Positions 1 to 8,514 of a stretch of DNA of 64,000 bases are shown here, piece after piece. The stretch comes from an uncultured Anaerolineaceae bacterium (GTDB lineage: Bacteria; Chloroflexota; Limnocylindria; Limnocylindrales; CSP1-4), in NCBI GenBank assembly GCA_964610835.1, contig CAZSWK010000002.1:1972-65971 (forward strand), in the 5' to 3' direction. The first letter of the stretch is position 1, and every line of letters begins with the position of its first letter. Below the pieces are notes generated by a model that worked only from the letters and a program-made list of their open reading frames with translations, was not told where the DNA came from and did not search any database. Position numbers and translations under genes: made by a program.

Positions 1-738
1 CACCGCACCGGCACCCTCGCCGTAGACGAAACCGTCACGGTCGCGATCGAACGGCCGCGATGCCCGCTGCGGCTCGTCGTTGCGCCGGGACAGCGCGTGC
101 ATGTTGCCCAGCGCAGCGAAGCCCATCGGCAGCAGCGGTGCCTCCGTGCCGCCGGCCAGCACCACGTCGACCTCGCCGCGCTGGATCATGCGCAGCGCGT
201 CCAGGAAGCAGATGATCGAAGTGGCGCACGCGGCCGACTGGGTGATCACCGGACCGGTCAGGCCGTACTGCATGGACAGCTGACACGCGGCCATCGACGC
301 TGACAGGGCCGGGAACGCGAACGGACTGACGAACCCGGGACCCTTGGCCTCGAGGATGTCGTGGTTGATGGTCACTTGCTCGATCCCGCCACCGCCGGTA
401 TTGAAGGCAACGGCAACGCGATCACGCCGCTCGGGCGACCAATCGGAGAAGTCGAGCCCGGCGTCGGCGACCGCCTCACCGCCGGCGGCCATGCCCAGGT
501 GCACGAAACGACTCATGCGGCGCGCCATCTTGCGGTCCATGACCGTGGCCGGATCGAAGTCCTTGACCTCCGCGGCGATGCGGACGTCGAACCGAGAAGC
601 GTCGAAGGTGCTGATCGGAGCGACCCCGCTCAAACCCGCGACGAGGTTGCGCCAGAAGGTGGCGTGGTCGTTACCGATCGGCGTGATGGCACCGACGCCC
701 GTGATGACGGCTCGGTGGCTGAGGTTCTTGTCAGGCAC
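1..738 (-). CDS. fabF: beta-ketoacyl-ACP synthase II (KAS II), N-terminal part; the gene continues beyond the window start
   Basis: The reverse strand translates as VPDKNLSHRAVITGVGAITPIGN...GLTGPVITQSAACATS...VYGEGAGAV, a typical KAS N-terminus with the active-site Cys region. The start is GTG at 738 preceded by GGAG. This ORF is not in the supplied track because it has a GTG start and is partial. Confidence 0.8.
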   Translation of the reverse strand, partial: MPDKNLSHRAVITGVGAITPIGNDHATFWRNLVAGLSGVAPISTFDASRFDVRIAAEVKDFDPATVMDRKMARRMSRFVHLGMAAGGEAVADAGLDFSDWSPERRDRVAVAFNTGGGGIEQVTINHDILEAKGPGFVSPFAFPALSASMAACQLSMQYGLTGPVITQSAACATSIICFLDALRMIQRGEVDVVLAGGTEAPLLPMGFAALGNMHALSRRNDEPQRASRPFDRDRDGFVYGEGAGAV

Positions 739-795
739 TTGAACTCCTGCGTCCGGCTGGCCCGGATTGTACCGGCGCCCGTCTGGCGCCTTCCC

Positions 796-1635
796 TCACG
801 CGCGTTCGACCCGGCCGTACGCCGAGCGCGCCTGGGGCATCTGCCGCCAGGCGCGCGGGACCGTGCGTACCCACGCCCGCAGAGCCTGGCCCGAAAGCCG
901 CGCCATGACCTCGTGGCGCGGATTCCAGTCGATGCCGAACTCCGCGCGCAGGCGTTCGGGCAGCAGCGCCAGTCCGGGCAGCGCCAGCAGGTCGACCACC
1001 GGTCCCGGCGTGAGCGGCAGCGGCGGACGGACGATCAGGCGCGCGAGACGTCGCGCCGTGGGTGTCACGTGGATGGGGCCGTCCGGGGCGAGCATGCGGC
1101 GCCAGTACGCCATGAGGTCTGGCCAGGAAGCCGGGCTCAGCGAGAGCGGCACCCCCAGCCGCACCCCCACCTCGCGTGCCTCCTGCCAGAACCGTTCGAG
1201 TTCCGCCTCATTGAGTGGTGCCACCCAGCGGCGGTAGGCGCGGACCGAGGAGATGATCAGGGTCACCTGGACCCACAGCAGCAGTTCCGGGTCCAGCGCG
1301 CGGTAGGACTCCGCCAGCTGGCGAGCGGCAGGATCATCGACCGTGCCACGCACGCCTCGGTGGACGCCGTTCAGCCGGCGGACTGCGCGCTCGGCGGTCG
1401 GCCCATCGCCGAAGACCAGGTCCATGGTCGTGTGGATCGTGCCGTGCAGGCGGCGAAACGGGTCCTGCTCGAAGGTGCTGTGTTGGGCCACACCTTCGGC
1501 GACCAGCGGATGCGCAACCTGCAGTAGCAGGGCCGCCGGCCCCGCTCCGAGCAGCACCGCCTCGCTGTTGATGCGCCACATCATGGTTGCCGGGCCGTAG
1601 AAACCGAGCAGCGGGTCGACGTGGCGCGCGTCCAT
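796..1635 (-). CDS. MpaB/DUF2236-family (ER-bound oxygenase-like) protein
   Basis: The C-terminal 280 aa of track ORF 796..1962 match DUF2236 (MMWRINSEAVLLGAGPAALLLQVAHPLVAEGV...). The N-terminal roughly 110 aa look like over-extension, so the start is placed at internal MDARHV. The exact start is uncertain. Confidence 0.55.
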   Translation of the reverse strand: MDARHVDPLLGFYGPATMMWRINSEAVLLGAGPAALLLQVAHPLVAEGVAQHSTFEQDPFRRLHGTIHTTMDLVFGDGPTAERAVRRLNGVHRGVRGTVDDPAARQLAESYRALDPELLLWVQVTLIISSVRAYRRWVAPLNEAELERFWQEAREVGVRLGVPLSLSPASWPDLMAYWRRMLAPDGPIHVTPTARRLARLIVRPPLPLTPGPVVDLLALPGLALLPERLRAEFGIDWNPRHEVMARLSGQALRAWVRTVPRAWRQMPQARSAYGRVERA

Positions 1636-1648
1636 CACACTAGCCATC

Positions 1649-3019
1649 GTGGCCCTCGACCTGATCATTCGCAATGGCACCCTGGTTAGCGCGACCGACA
1701 GGCACGTTGCGGACATCGGCATCAGCGACGGCCGGATTACCGCGATCGAGGCGGCCGGCACGCTTACCGCGGCGGCGGAGGTGATCGAGGCCGGCCGCCT
1801 GCACGTACTGCCCGGCCTGATCGACGAGCACGTGCACTTCCGGCAGCCCGGTTTCGAGGCGGAGGAGGACTGGCTGACTGGTTCGCGGGCCGCGGTGATG
1901 GGCGGCGTCACGACCGTGCTCGAGATGCCCAACACCGTGCCGCCTACCGGGTCGGTTGCCACCGCGCGGCAGAAGCTGGCGCTCGCTGCCGAGCGTTCGC
2001 TGTGTGACTTCGGGATCTACGGCCTGGCGGGCGAATCGGTCGAAGCGGTAGCCGGGCTGATCGGGTCGGGACTGATCGTCGGCCTGAAGGTCTTCCTGGG
2101 GCCGACCACCGGCGGGCATCGGGCGCCGGACGATGATGTCCTGCGCCACCTGCTCGAGCTGGCACGGGCGGCCGACTTGCGGGTCGGGTTTCACGCCGAG
2201 GACGAGTCCCTTCTCCGCGTCGCTGAGGCTCGCCTGCGGACGGCCGGGAGAACGGATGCACGGGCACATCTCGAGTCACGGCCGATCGCTGCGGAGGTGG
2301 CGGCCATCGACCACGCCGGGCAGCTGTTGCGCGAGACTGGCGCCCCGGGCCACGTCTTCCATCTGACTTCGCTCGAAGGGCTGGCGGCGGTCGGCCGCTG
2401 GCGCGCCGCGGGCGTCGATCTGACCTGCGAGGCCACGCCGCACCACCTGCTGCTCGGGCTCGGCGTGTACGAGCGGCAAGGTGGCCTGGCGCGTGTCAAT
2501 CCGCCGATCCGCGGCGAGCCGCACTCTGCTGCGCTGCTGGCGGCGCTGGCCGACGGGCGCATCGACTGTCTCGGTAGCGACCACGCGCCGCACCTCGCCG
2601 GGGCCAAACATGCGGCATCGATCTGGGACGTGCCGGGCGGCTTCGCCGGCGTGGAAACGCTGCTGCCGTTGCTGCTGACCGAGGTCCACGAGGGCCGGCT
2701 GACACTGGAGCGGCTGGTATCGGTCACCTCCGAGCGGCCCGCGCACGCCTGGAAGTTGTGGCCGCGCAAGGGAGCCGTCGTGGAAGGCGCAGACGCCGAC
2801 CTGACGCTGGTCGACCTGCAGCGACCCGGCGTCGTGCACTCCGCCGACCTGCACGGCAAGAACAATGTGTCGCCATTCGAAGGCCGGCCGACGGTCGGCG
2901 CACCGGTGGCGACGGTCGTGCGCGGCCGGATCGTCATGCGTGACGGTGAGCTGCTCGGCCGGCCCGGCTGGGGGCGAGCGGTGAATGATGAAAAAGATCA
3001 AGCGCGCCCGTCCGTCTAG
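1649..3019 (+). CDS. cyclic amidohydrolase (dihydroorotase/allantoinase/hydantoinase family)
   Basis: GTG start. Metal-binding HVH motif (PGLIDEHVHFRQPG) and GGVTTVLEMPNT are typical of class I dihydroorotase/allantoinase. It is not located in a pyr operon. Confidence 0.75.
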   Translation: MALDLIIRNGTLVSATDRHVADIGISDGRITAIEAAGTLTAAAEVIEAGRLHVLPGLIDEHVHFRQPGFEAEEDWLTGSRAAVMGGVTTVLEMPNTVPPTGSVATARQKLALAAERSLCDFGIYGLAGESVEAVAGLIGSGLIVGLKVFLGPTTGGHRAPDDDVLRHLLELARAADLRVGFHAEDESLLRVAEARLRTAGRTDARAHLESRPIAAEVAAIDHAGQLLRETGAPGHVFHLTSLEGLAAVGRWRAAGVDLTCEATPHHLLLGLGVYERQGGLARVNPPIRGEPHSAALLAALADGRIDCLGSDHAPHLAGAKHAASIWDVPGGFAGVETLLPLLLTEVHEGRLTLERLVSVTSERPAHAWKLWPRKGAVVEGADADLTLVDLQRPGVVHSADLHGKNNVSPFEGRPTVGAPVATVVRGRIVMRDGELLGRPGWGRAVNDEKDQARPSV

Positions 3020-3035
3020 CGCGCAGGATCAGCTC

Positions 3036-3962
3036 ATGGCACTCTCCACGGCCCAGTCAGACACGTTCATCCGGTTCGTGGACGGCCTGGCCGAGGCACT
3101 CGCCGGCGACGCGTTGAGCGCCGACGAGCACGCTGCCCGCGCGTTCATGTCGCGCAGCCATTTCGATCGCGTCATCCGCGCAGTCGCCGGCGAACCGCCG
3201 GCCGCCTTTCGGCGACGCCTGCTCCTCGAGCGGGCGGCCTACCGACTGGCCATCGCGGGCGACGACATCCTTGAAATCGCGCTCGAGGCCGGCTATTCAT
3301 CGCACGAGGCATTCGTGCGGGCGTTCCGCCGCGCCTACGGCGTCAACCCATCCGAGTGGCGCTCGGCACCCCGGCAGATCCGGCTGCCGACGCCCAACGA
3401 CGTGCATTTCCACCCACCCGGCGGCCTGCGGCTGCCGACCCGAAACGAGGTGACATCAATGGACCTGATCGTGCGCATGGTCGAGCACCACGTGTGGCTG
3501 CTCGGCGAAATGGTCGATCGCGCCGCACGGCTCGACGACAAGGCACTCGACAAGCGCATCGAGCTGTCGGTCGAGGACATCGACGAGGACCAGACAATTC
3601 GTTCGCTGCTCTCGCGGTTGATCGGCCAGATGGACATGTGGAACAACGTCATTCACGACCGGCCGTACGACTGGGACGTGGAGCAGCACGAGTCGATTGC
3701 CTCGCTGCGCTCGAGGCTGGCGAGCGTCGGCCCGGCGTTCCTCGCCGAGGTGCGTCGCGTGACGTCCGAGAACCGGCTCGACGAGACCTTCGTCGACGCT
3801 CATTGCGAACCGCCGGAGATCTTCACCTACGGCGGCCTGATCGCTCACGTACTGACGTTCGCGGCCCACCGCCGCGTGCTCGTCCTCGGAGCGCTCGAGT
3901 CGGCCGGTATCGCCGATCTGGGCGCGGGCGACCCGCGCAAGTGGGTGGCCGAAGCCGCCTGA
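3036..3962 (+). CDS. AraC-family transcriptional regulator with C-terminal DinB_2/MDMPI_N-like domain
   Basis: AraC HTH (SRSHFDRVIRAV...EAGYSSHEAFVRAFRRAYGVNPSEWR) is followed by a DinB-like four-helix region (VEHHVWLLGEMV). The start is moved to internal MALSTAQ because the track start overlaps the upstream gene. Confidence 0.7.
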   Translation: MALSTAQSDTFIRFVDGLAEALAGDALSADEHAARAFMSRSHFDRVIRAVAGEPPAAFRRRLLLERAAYRLAIAGDDILEIALEAGYSSHEAFVRAFRRAYGVNPSEWRSAPRQIRLPTPNDVHFHPPGGLRLPTRNEVTSMDLIVRMVEHHVWLLGEMVDRAARLDDKALDKRIELSVEDIDEDQTIRSLLSRLIGQMDMWNNVIHDRPYDWDVEQHESIASLRSRLASVGPAFLAEVRRVTSENRLDETFVDAHCEPPEIFTYGGLIAHVLTFAAHRRVLVLGALESAGIADLGAGDPRKWVAEAA

Positions 3963-4149
3963 CTGACTGGTTTCCACGAACGTTGTTGACAGCGCTTGAT
4001 GCGCGCGCAGCATCGCTCACAGGCAATTCGTGCGGGGACAGTCGACGCATTGGTCGATTCCGGACAGGTCTGTGCAGGGAATCGGACGTTCCTGAACCCC
4101 CGTGCGCATCGACCCTGATGTGGCGACTCAGGTAGGACTGTCCCGCTGA

Positions 4150-5301
4150 CTAACCCGCATTGACGAACGCGGCGAGGTCCGCGATCGCGGCATCGACGGC
4201 CCGGCGCACCTGTGCGCCGGGCCGTTCCGCTTCCCAGTGCAGCTGGCGCACGACCAGCTCGCTGGTCTTGCGGTCGCGTTCCGAGTCGAGCCGGGCCACC
4301 AGCTCGTTGCCGTACAGGACCGGCAGCACGAAATGCCCGAACTGGCGCTCCGCCTTGGGCACGTACATCTCGAGCTTGTACTCGAAGTCGAACAGCTGCG
4401 CGGCCCGTTCGCGGTCGTAGACGAGCGGGTCGAACGGAGACACGAGCGTCGTCCTCGAGTCGGCACGCGATTCCGCTCTGGCCAGCGCGTCGGGAGTAGC
4501 CCAGGTCGGGCGGGGCGGCCCGCTGCGTGGCAGATCGACCGCGATAAGTCGGCCCTCTTCGACGAAGCGCTCGATCGTGCGTGGCAGGACGTCCTTGGGC
4601 GCCCAGTAGGTGCGCGTCTTGATCTCGCGCAGGTCGGCCACGCCGAAGCGGCGCATGGCCTCGTCCAGCCGGCGCTCGGCGTAGGCCTCGTCATCGAGTG
4701 TGCCGGCCGGCGCATCGGGCGGGATCACCCGTTCGGCCAGATCCCACACGCGCTCCCGGCCCTGGCGGCCGGCGACCAGCACCTCGAGCGCCTTGGCCAT
4801 GAACTCGAGCATGCGCGTGGTGTTCTTGCCATGCGTCCAGCCGCTCGACCGCCAGCCCTCGACCAGCTTCGAGTCGTCGATGTCGCGCGACTGGAGCGGG
4901 CCGCGGTCGCGCAGCTGGTCGAGGATCGAATCGTGAAAGGCGCGATTGGTCTCGATCCAGCCCTTGACGCCGTCCCAGCGATCGATCCACGGCCCCGCCT
5001 CGTAGCGCAGCTCGGGCAGGCGTTCGATCGGCACCAGAAAGGCGTTGTGCTCGAGCAGCCGTCGCTCACGCCACAGCACGCGGTCGATCTCTTCCCGATC
5101 GTAGACGCCGAGCCGGCTCCACAGCACCAGGTAATGCGTCCGCTCCACGGTGCGCGTCGGATCGAGCTGCAGGCTGCCGAAGTGGCGGACGACGCGCAGG
5201 ATGCCATCGCCATCAGCCGATAGCGTGTTGTTCGCGCTCAGCAGCGACGCTTCGACGGCAATCAGGCATGCTGCCGCTGCGTCGAGCCGGACAGGGCTCA
5301 C
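4150..5301 (-). CDS. winged-helix DNA glycosylase, YcaQ/AlkZ family (DUF1006)
   Basis: 383 aa with diagnostic stretches (HYLVLWSRLGVYDREEIDRVLWRERRLLEHNAFLVP, QxQ region). Family assignment rests on motif recall only. Confidence 0.7.
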   Translation of the reverse strand: MSPVRLDAAAACLIAVEASLLSANNTLSADGDGILRVVRHFGSLQLDPTRTVERTHYLVLWSRLGVYDREEIDRVLWRERRLLEHNAFLVPIERLPELRYEAGPWIDRWDGVKGWIETNRAFHDSILDQLRDRGPLQSRDIDDSKLVEGWRSSGWTHGKNTTRMLEFMAKALEVLVAGRQGRERVWDLAERVIPPDAPAGTLDDEAYAERRLDEAMRRFGVADLREIKTRTYWAPKDVLPRTIERFVEEGRLIAVDLPRSGPPRPTWATPDALARAESRADSRTTLVSPFDPLVYDRERAAQLFDFEYKLEMYVPKAERQFGHFVLPVLYGNELVARLDSERDRKTSELVVRQLHWEAERPGAQVRRAVDAAIADLAAFVNAG

Positions 5302-5657
5302 TCAGGCAGGGTGTGCTCTTCGAGCGGCACGTCCCAGTGCGCGTCGAGCAACTCGAAGCGGCGCTGCTCCTCCTGGCGATAGGTTTCCCGGTCGGGGAAG
5401 AGTTTGTGCGCGACCTCTTCGGGCGTGTGGCCCTCCATCGCCGCCCAGTCGCGATAGGTGATGCGCACCATGACGTCCCAGTCCGCGCGGCCGTCGCCGT
5501 GGAAGCGTGGCGTGAACAAGCGCACATCGAGGATGTTGCCGGTGCGTTTCGACTCGCGCAGCAGTGGCCAATGGTTGCGCCGGAAGAGGTCGAGCCACTC
5601 GTCGTGGAAGCCCCAGCGCACCCGGTAGAAGTACTCGGCGGTAACCGGTCCCGCCAT
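5298..5657 (-). CDS. hypothetical small protein (possible NIPSNAP/Dabb-like alpha+beta barrel), translationally coupled to the AlkZ-like gene
   Basis: 119 aa with a 4-bp start/stop overlap (ATGA) with the downstream glycosylase gene. Composition is typical of surrounding genes. Confidence 0.5.
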   Translation of the reverse strand: MAGPVTAEYFYRVRWGFHDEWLDLFRRNHWPLLRESKRTGNILDVRLFTPRFHGDGRADWDVMVRITYRDWAAMEGHTPEEVAHKLFPDRETYRQEEQRRFELLDAHWDVPLEEHTLPE

Positions 5658-5659
5658 CC

Positions 5660-6052
5660 CTAAGCTGCCTTTACCACTTCCACATCGTAGTCGTCGAACA
5701 CCGAATCGACTGTCACGATCGGCAGGTGCTCGACCTGGGCCTGCGCAATGAGCAGCCGGTCGAATGGATCGCCATGGTGGCGGGGGAGAGTCGCAACCTG
5801 GAGGGCGTGCACGTGCTCAACCGCAAGTCCTGCCACGCCGGACGTCCGCATCATGCGCGGCACGTAGGCCGCCGGCGGCTCGGGCAGTGGCATGCGGCCG
5901 AGTGCCCACTTGATGGCGATCTCCCAGGACACCGCGGCCGAGAGATACAGCTGTGTCTGCCGGCCGCTGAACTCACTCACCAGGTCGGGACGGATGTGGC
6001 CGGGCGCCTCCAGTAGCCACAGCCATACGTGCGTGTCGAGGAGATACCTCAC
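5660..6052 (-). CDS. vapC: type II toxin VapC (PIN-domain ribonuclease)
   Basis: 130 aa with the PIN signature (MRYLLDTHVWLWLL...; conserved acidic residues D6, E, D near the C-terminus). GTG start overlaps the antitoxin stop. Confidence 0.8.
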   Translation of the reverse strand: MRYLLDTHVWLWLLEAPGHIRPDLVSEFSGRQTQLYLSAAVSWEIAIKWALGRMPLPEPPAAYVPRMMRTSGVAGLAVEHVHALQVATLPRHHGDPFDRLLIAQAQVEHLPIVTVDSVFDDYDVEVVKAA

Positions 6053-6276
6053 CCGTAGAACTCGTCCAGCAGCTCCTGTGGCAATGGCTCATCGAAATCG
6101 TCCGGTACATGGAGGATGCCCGCCTCGGAGCCGAAGATCCGTTGGCCGGGCTCAACTGGGACGAGTCTTGCGGCGGGGCGTCCGCCGCTGGTGATGACTA
6201 TTTCCTCGCCGGTAGCCACGCGGCGCAGCAGCCTCGAGAGATGAGTCTTTGCTTCATGCACGCCCACTTCAGACAT
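6049..6276 (-). CDS. type II antitoxin, Phd/YefM family
   Basis: MSEVGVHEAKTHLSRLLRRVATGEEIVITSGGRPAARLVPV is a classic prevent-host-death antitoxin N-terminus. The start is moved to internal MSEVGV; the track ORF begins 12 codons earlier. Confidence 0.7.
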   Translation of the reverse strand: MSEVGVHEAKTHLSRLLRRVATGEEIVITSGGRPAARLVPVEPGQRIFGSEAGILHVPDDFDEPLPQELLDEFYG

Positions 6277-6308
6277 CGGCCAATTGTGCCTGCGATTGGT
6301 GGACTTAG

Positions 6309-6863
6309 TCAACGACTTAGTCTTTTCGGTCCCTCCTGCGGACTTGCCTGGGACGGTTCAGACGACCGGCGGCGCCTGCCCGAACTCCGCTGTCGCCGCC
6401 TCCCCGGGCCAGGAGGTATCGGATGAGCGTGGATCGACAGCCAGACGTCTCTCGCCCAGTCGAAGTCGTCCGAAGTGATTGTCACGATGAGAACGCGTCC
6501 GTCGATCGCGAGCAGACCACAGAGTGCCGACGAGGCCCGGGCAGGCTGCTCAATGGGTCCGTAACGCGCGTGTCCGTTCAATCCAGCTGGCAGCTCCTCC
6601 ACCGGAATGCCATCCTTGCCGAGCATCGCGTCCGGCTTCATCGCCTCGAGTATCTCCGTCGCACTGACCGGGCGACCGCTCTTGTCGATCGTCATGCTCG
6701 TGAGGGAGATGGATCGCTGGTCGTCCCAGGCGTGCCAGTAGCTGTCCTCCTTGATGAACCGTTCATCGAATGTCCCGGGAATGCCTATTGACCACGTCTG
6801 GAACACGCGCCGCATGAATAGCCAGCGCGACTCGGGGGTGACGTGGCGAGCGAGTGCTTCCAT
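6309..6863 (-). CDS. hypothetical protein, orphan, in an AT-richer segment
   Basis: 184-aa ORF with visibly lower GC than its flanks. The C-terminal 35 aa (PGPGRRRQRSSGRRRR...) look like read-through into the antitoxin promoter region. No family recognised. Confidence 0.35.
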   Translation of the reverse strand: MEALARHVTPESRWLFMRRVFQTWSIGIPGTFDERFIKEDSYWHAWDDQRSISLTSMTIDKSGRPVSATEILEAMKPDAMLGKDGIPVEELPAGLNGHARYGPIEQPARASSALCGLLAIDGRVLIVTITSDDFDWARDVWLSIHAHPIPPGPGRRRQRSSGRRRRSSEPSQASPQEGPKRLSR

Positions 6864-7243
6864 GCCGCCGAAGACTAGGAGCAGGCGCTTACCGCCGGCT
6901 TACCTGCCGCTTATCGCTGGATTTGATCCGGGTCCAGCCACTTGCGCGAGCAGAGAGGAACAAGACGGCTATGGACCACCCTTGGAGGGCGTAGTCGATG
7001 TATGCGGAGTGTTGTCTTCGCTCGCCTCGCGTCAAGGGCCATTCAGCGGCGGTTCTGCCGCCGGCCCCAAGCAGGCCAAGGCGCCGATGTTCCATCAAAT
7101 CCCGCTATCTGTGGCAGTGTTGCGGCCGAACCGGCCAGTCTTCTGTCAGATGCCGCCCAATTGCGGAACCTGGGGCCAAATGGCGTCACGGCCCCCGCGA
7201 TTTGCCGGATATGACGGCAAGCATCGGCCGGACAGGGCGCGGG

Positions 7244-8512
7244 TCAGTCGCCCTCGTAGCGTTTGAAGATGACCGCCCCGTTGTGGCCGCCCAGGCCGAT
7301 GTTGTCGCTCATCGCGTAGCGAATGGGCATCGCCCGCGCCGCCGTGCCGGAAACGATGTTCAGGTTGATCTCGGGATCCGCATCGCGAAAGTTGATGGTC
7401 GGCGGCGCGCACTGGTTGAACACGGACAGGACCGTGAACACTCCCTCGACCGCGCCGGCGGCGCCCATCAGGTGGCCGGTCATCGATTTGGTCGCGCTGA
7501 TGGCCACGTCCGGCGTGTGGTCGCCGAATACCGCCCAGATGGCCTGCGCCTCGCGCAGGTCGCCGAGTGGCGTCGACGTACCGTGCGGGTTGATCAGGTC
7601 GATCTCGTCGGCCGGCACGTTATGGCGCTCGAGCGCCTGGATCATGGCCCGCCGCGCGCCGTCGCCCTTTTCGACCGGCTGGATAAGATCCCAGGCGTCC
7701 GCCGCGGAACCGTAGCCGACCACCTCCGCGTATACGCGAGCGCCGCGCGCCCTGGCGAACTCGAGGTCCTCGAGCATCAGCGCGCCGGCGCCCTCACCGA
7801 GCACGAAGCCGTTGCGCGTCAGATCGAACGGCCGCGAGACCGTCTGCAGGTCCTCGCCCGGCCGCGGCAGGCCCATGCCGCGCATGTTCGAGAAGCCGAT
7901 GTGCACCAGCTCGTGGAGCGGGTTCTCGGTCGAGCCGGTCAGCGCCGCGACGTAGTCACCGCGGCGGATGCCCTCGGCCGCCTCGCCGATGTTGTGCGTG
8001 CCGGTGGAGCAGGCGGTCACCACGCACATGTTCGAGCCACGGATGCCCGTCTCGATGGCGATCTGGCCCGACGCGGTGTCGGGCAGCATGTTGGCGATGA
8101 AGAACGGCGACACGGTTCGTGCGCCGCTGTTCTCCCACTTCTGGACGTTGTCCATCATCAGCAACGGGCCGCCGCCGCCCGAGCCGAAGATGACGCCGAT
8201 GTCGTCGCGGTTCGCGTCGTCCACGACCAGCCCGGAATCGGCCAGCGCCTGCTTGGCCGCGGCCACGCCCATGACCACGTTCTTGTCGGTGCGCCGGATG
8301 GCCTTGAAGTCCATCCACCGCGTGCCATCGAAGTCGTTGATCTCACCCGACACCTGTGCCTCGTACGGGGAGGGATCCCAGCGCGTGATGCGCTTGAGGC
8401 CCGAGCGGCCGTGCTGGAGGTTGTCCCACACGGTGTCGATGTCCTGGCCGATGGGGCTGATGATGCCGAGCCCGGTGACGGCGACTCGGCGCGAGAAATC
8501 GGGACGACGCAT
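7244..8512 (-). CDS. fabF: beta-ketoacyl-ACP synthase II
   Basis: 422 aa, full KAS II (VAVTGLGIISPIG..., active-site CSTG..., His-His motifs HGTSTPLGD and GHLMGAAG). Confidence 0.9.
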   Translation of the reverse strand: MRRPDFSRRVAVTGLGIISPIGQDIDTVWDNLQHGRSGLKRITRWDPSPYEAQVSGEINDFDGTRWMDFKAIRRTDKNVVMGVAAAKQALADSGLVVDDANRDDIGVIFGSGGGGPLLMMDNVQKWENSGARTVSPFFIANMLPDTASGQIAIETGIRGSNMCVVTACSTGTHNIGEAAEGIRRGDYVAALTGSTENPLHELVHIGFSNMRGMGLPRPGEDLQTVSRPFDLTRNGFVLGEGAGALMLEDLEFARARGARVYAEVVGYGSAADAWDLIQPVEKGDGARRAMIQALERHNVPADEIDLINPHGTSTPLGDLREAQAIWAVFGDHTPDVAISATKSMTGHLMGAAGAVEGVFTVLSVFNQCAPPTINFRDADPEINLNIVSGTAARAMPIRYAMSDNIGLGGHNGAVIFKRYEGD

Positions 8513-8514
8513 GG

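Noticed and set aside
361-1527. 388-aa ORF on the plus strand
   Set aside because: Antisense to the MpaB-family gene with a G/R/A/P-rich low-complexity translation, typical of a spurious long ORF in 70% GC DNA.
796-1962. Full-length track ORFs with long N-terminal extensions (also 33593..34678, 25316..27010, 19096..19989, 42429..43946, 54380..55408, 59477..60775, 60382..61863)
   Set aside because: The N-terminal parts overlap the preceding gene and are low-complexity. Conserved domains begin at internal start codons with better RBS context, so starts were trimmed.
6868-6940. Possible tRNA or tRNA fragment (GGATTTGATCC resembles a T-loop, followed by ...CCAGCCA) that could mark an island integration site
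   Set aside because: Neither strand gives a 7-bp acceptor stem, a T-stem complementary around the 7-nt loop, or an anticodon arm. It is only a simple hairpin.
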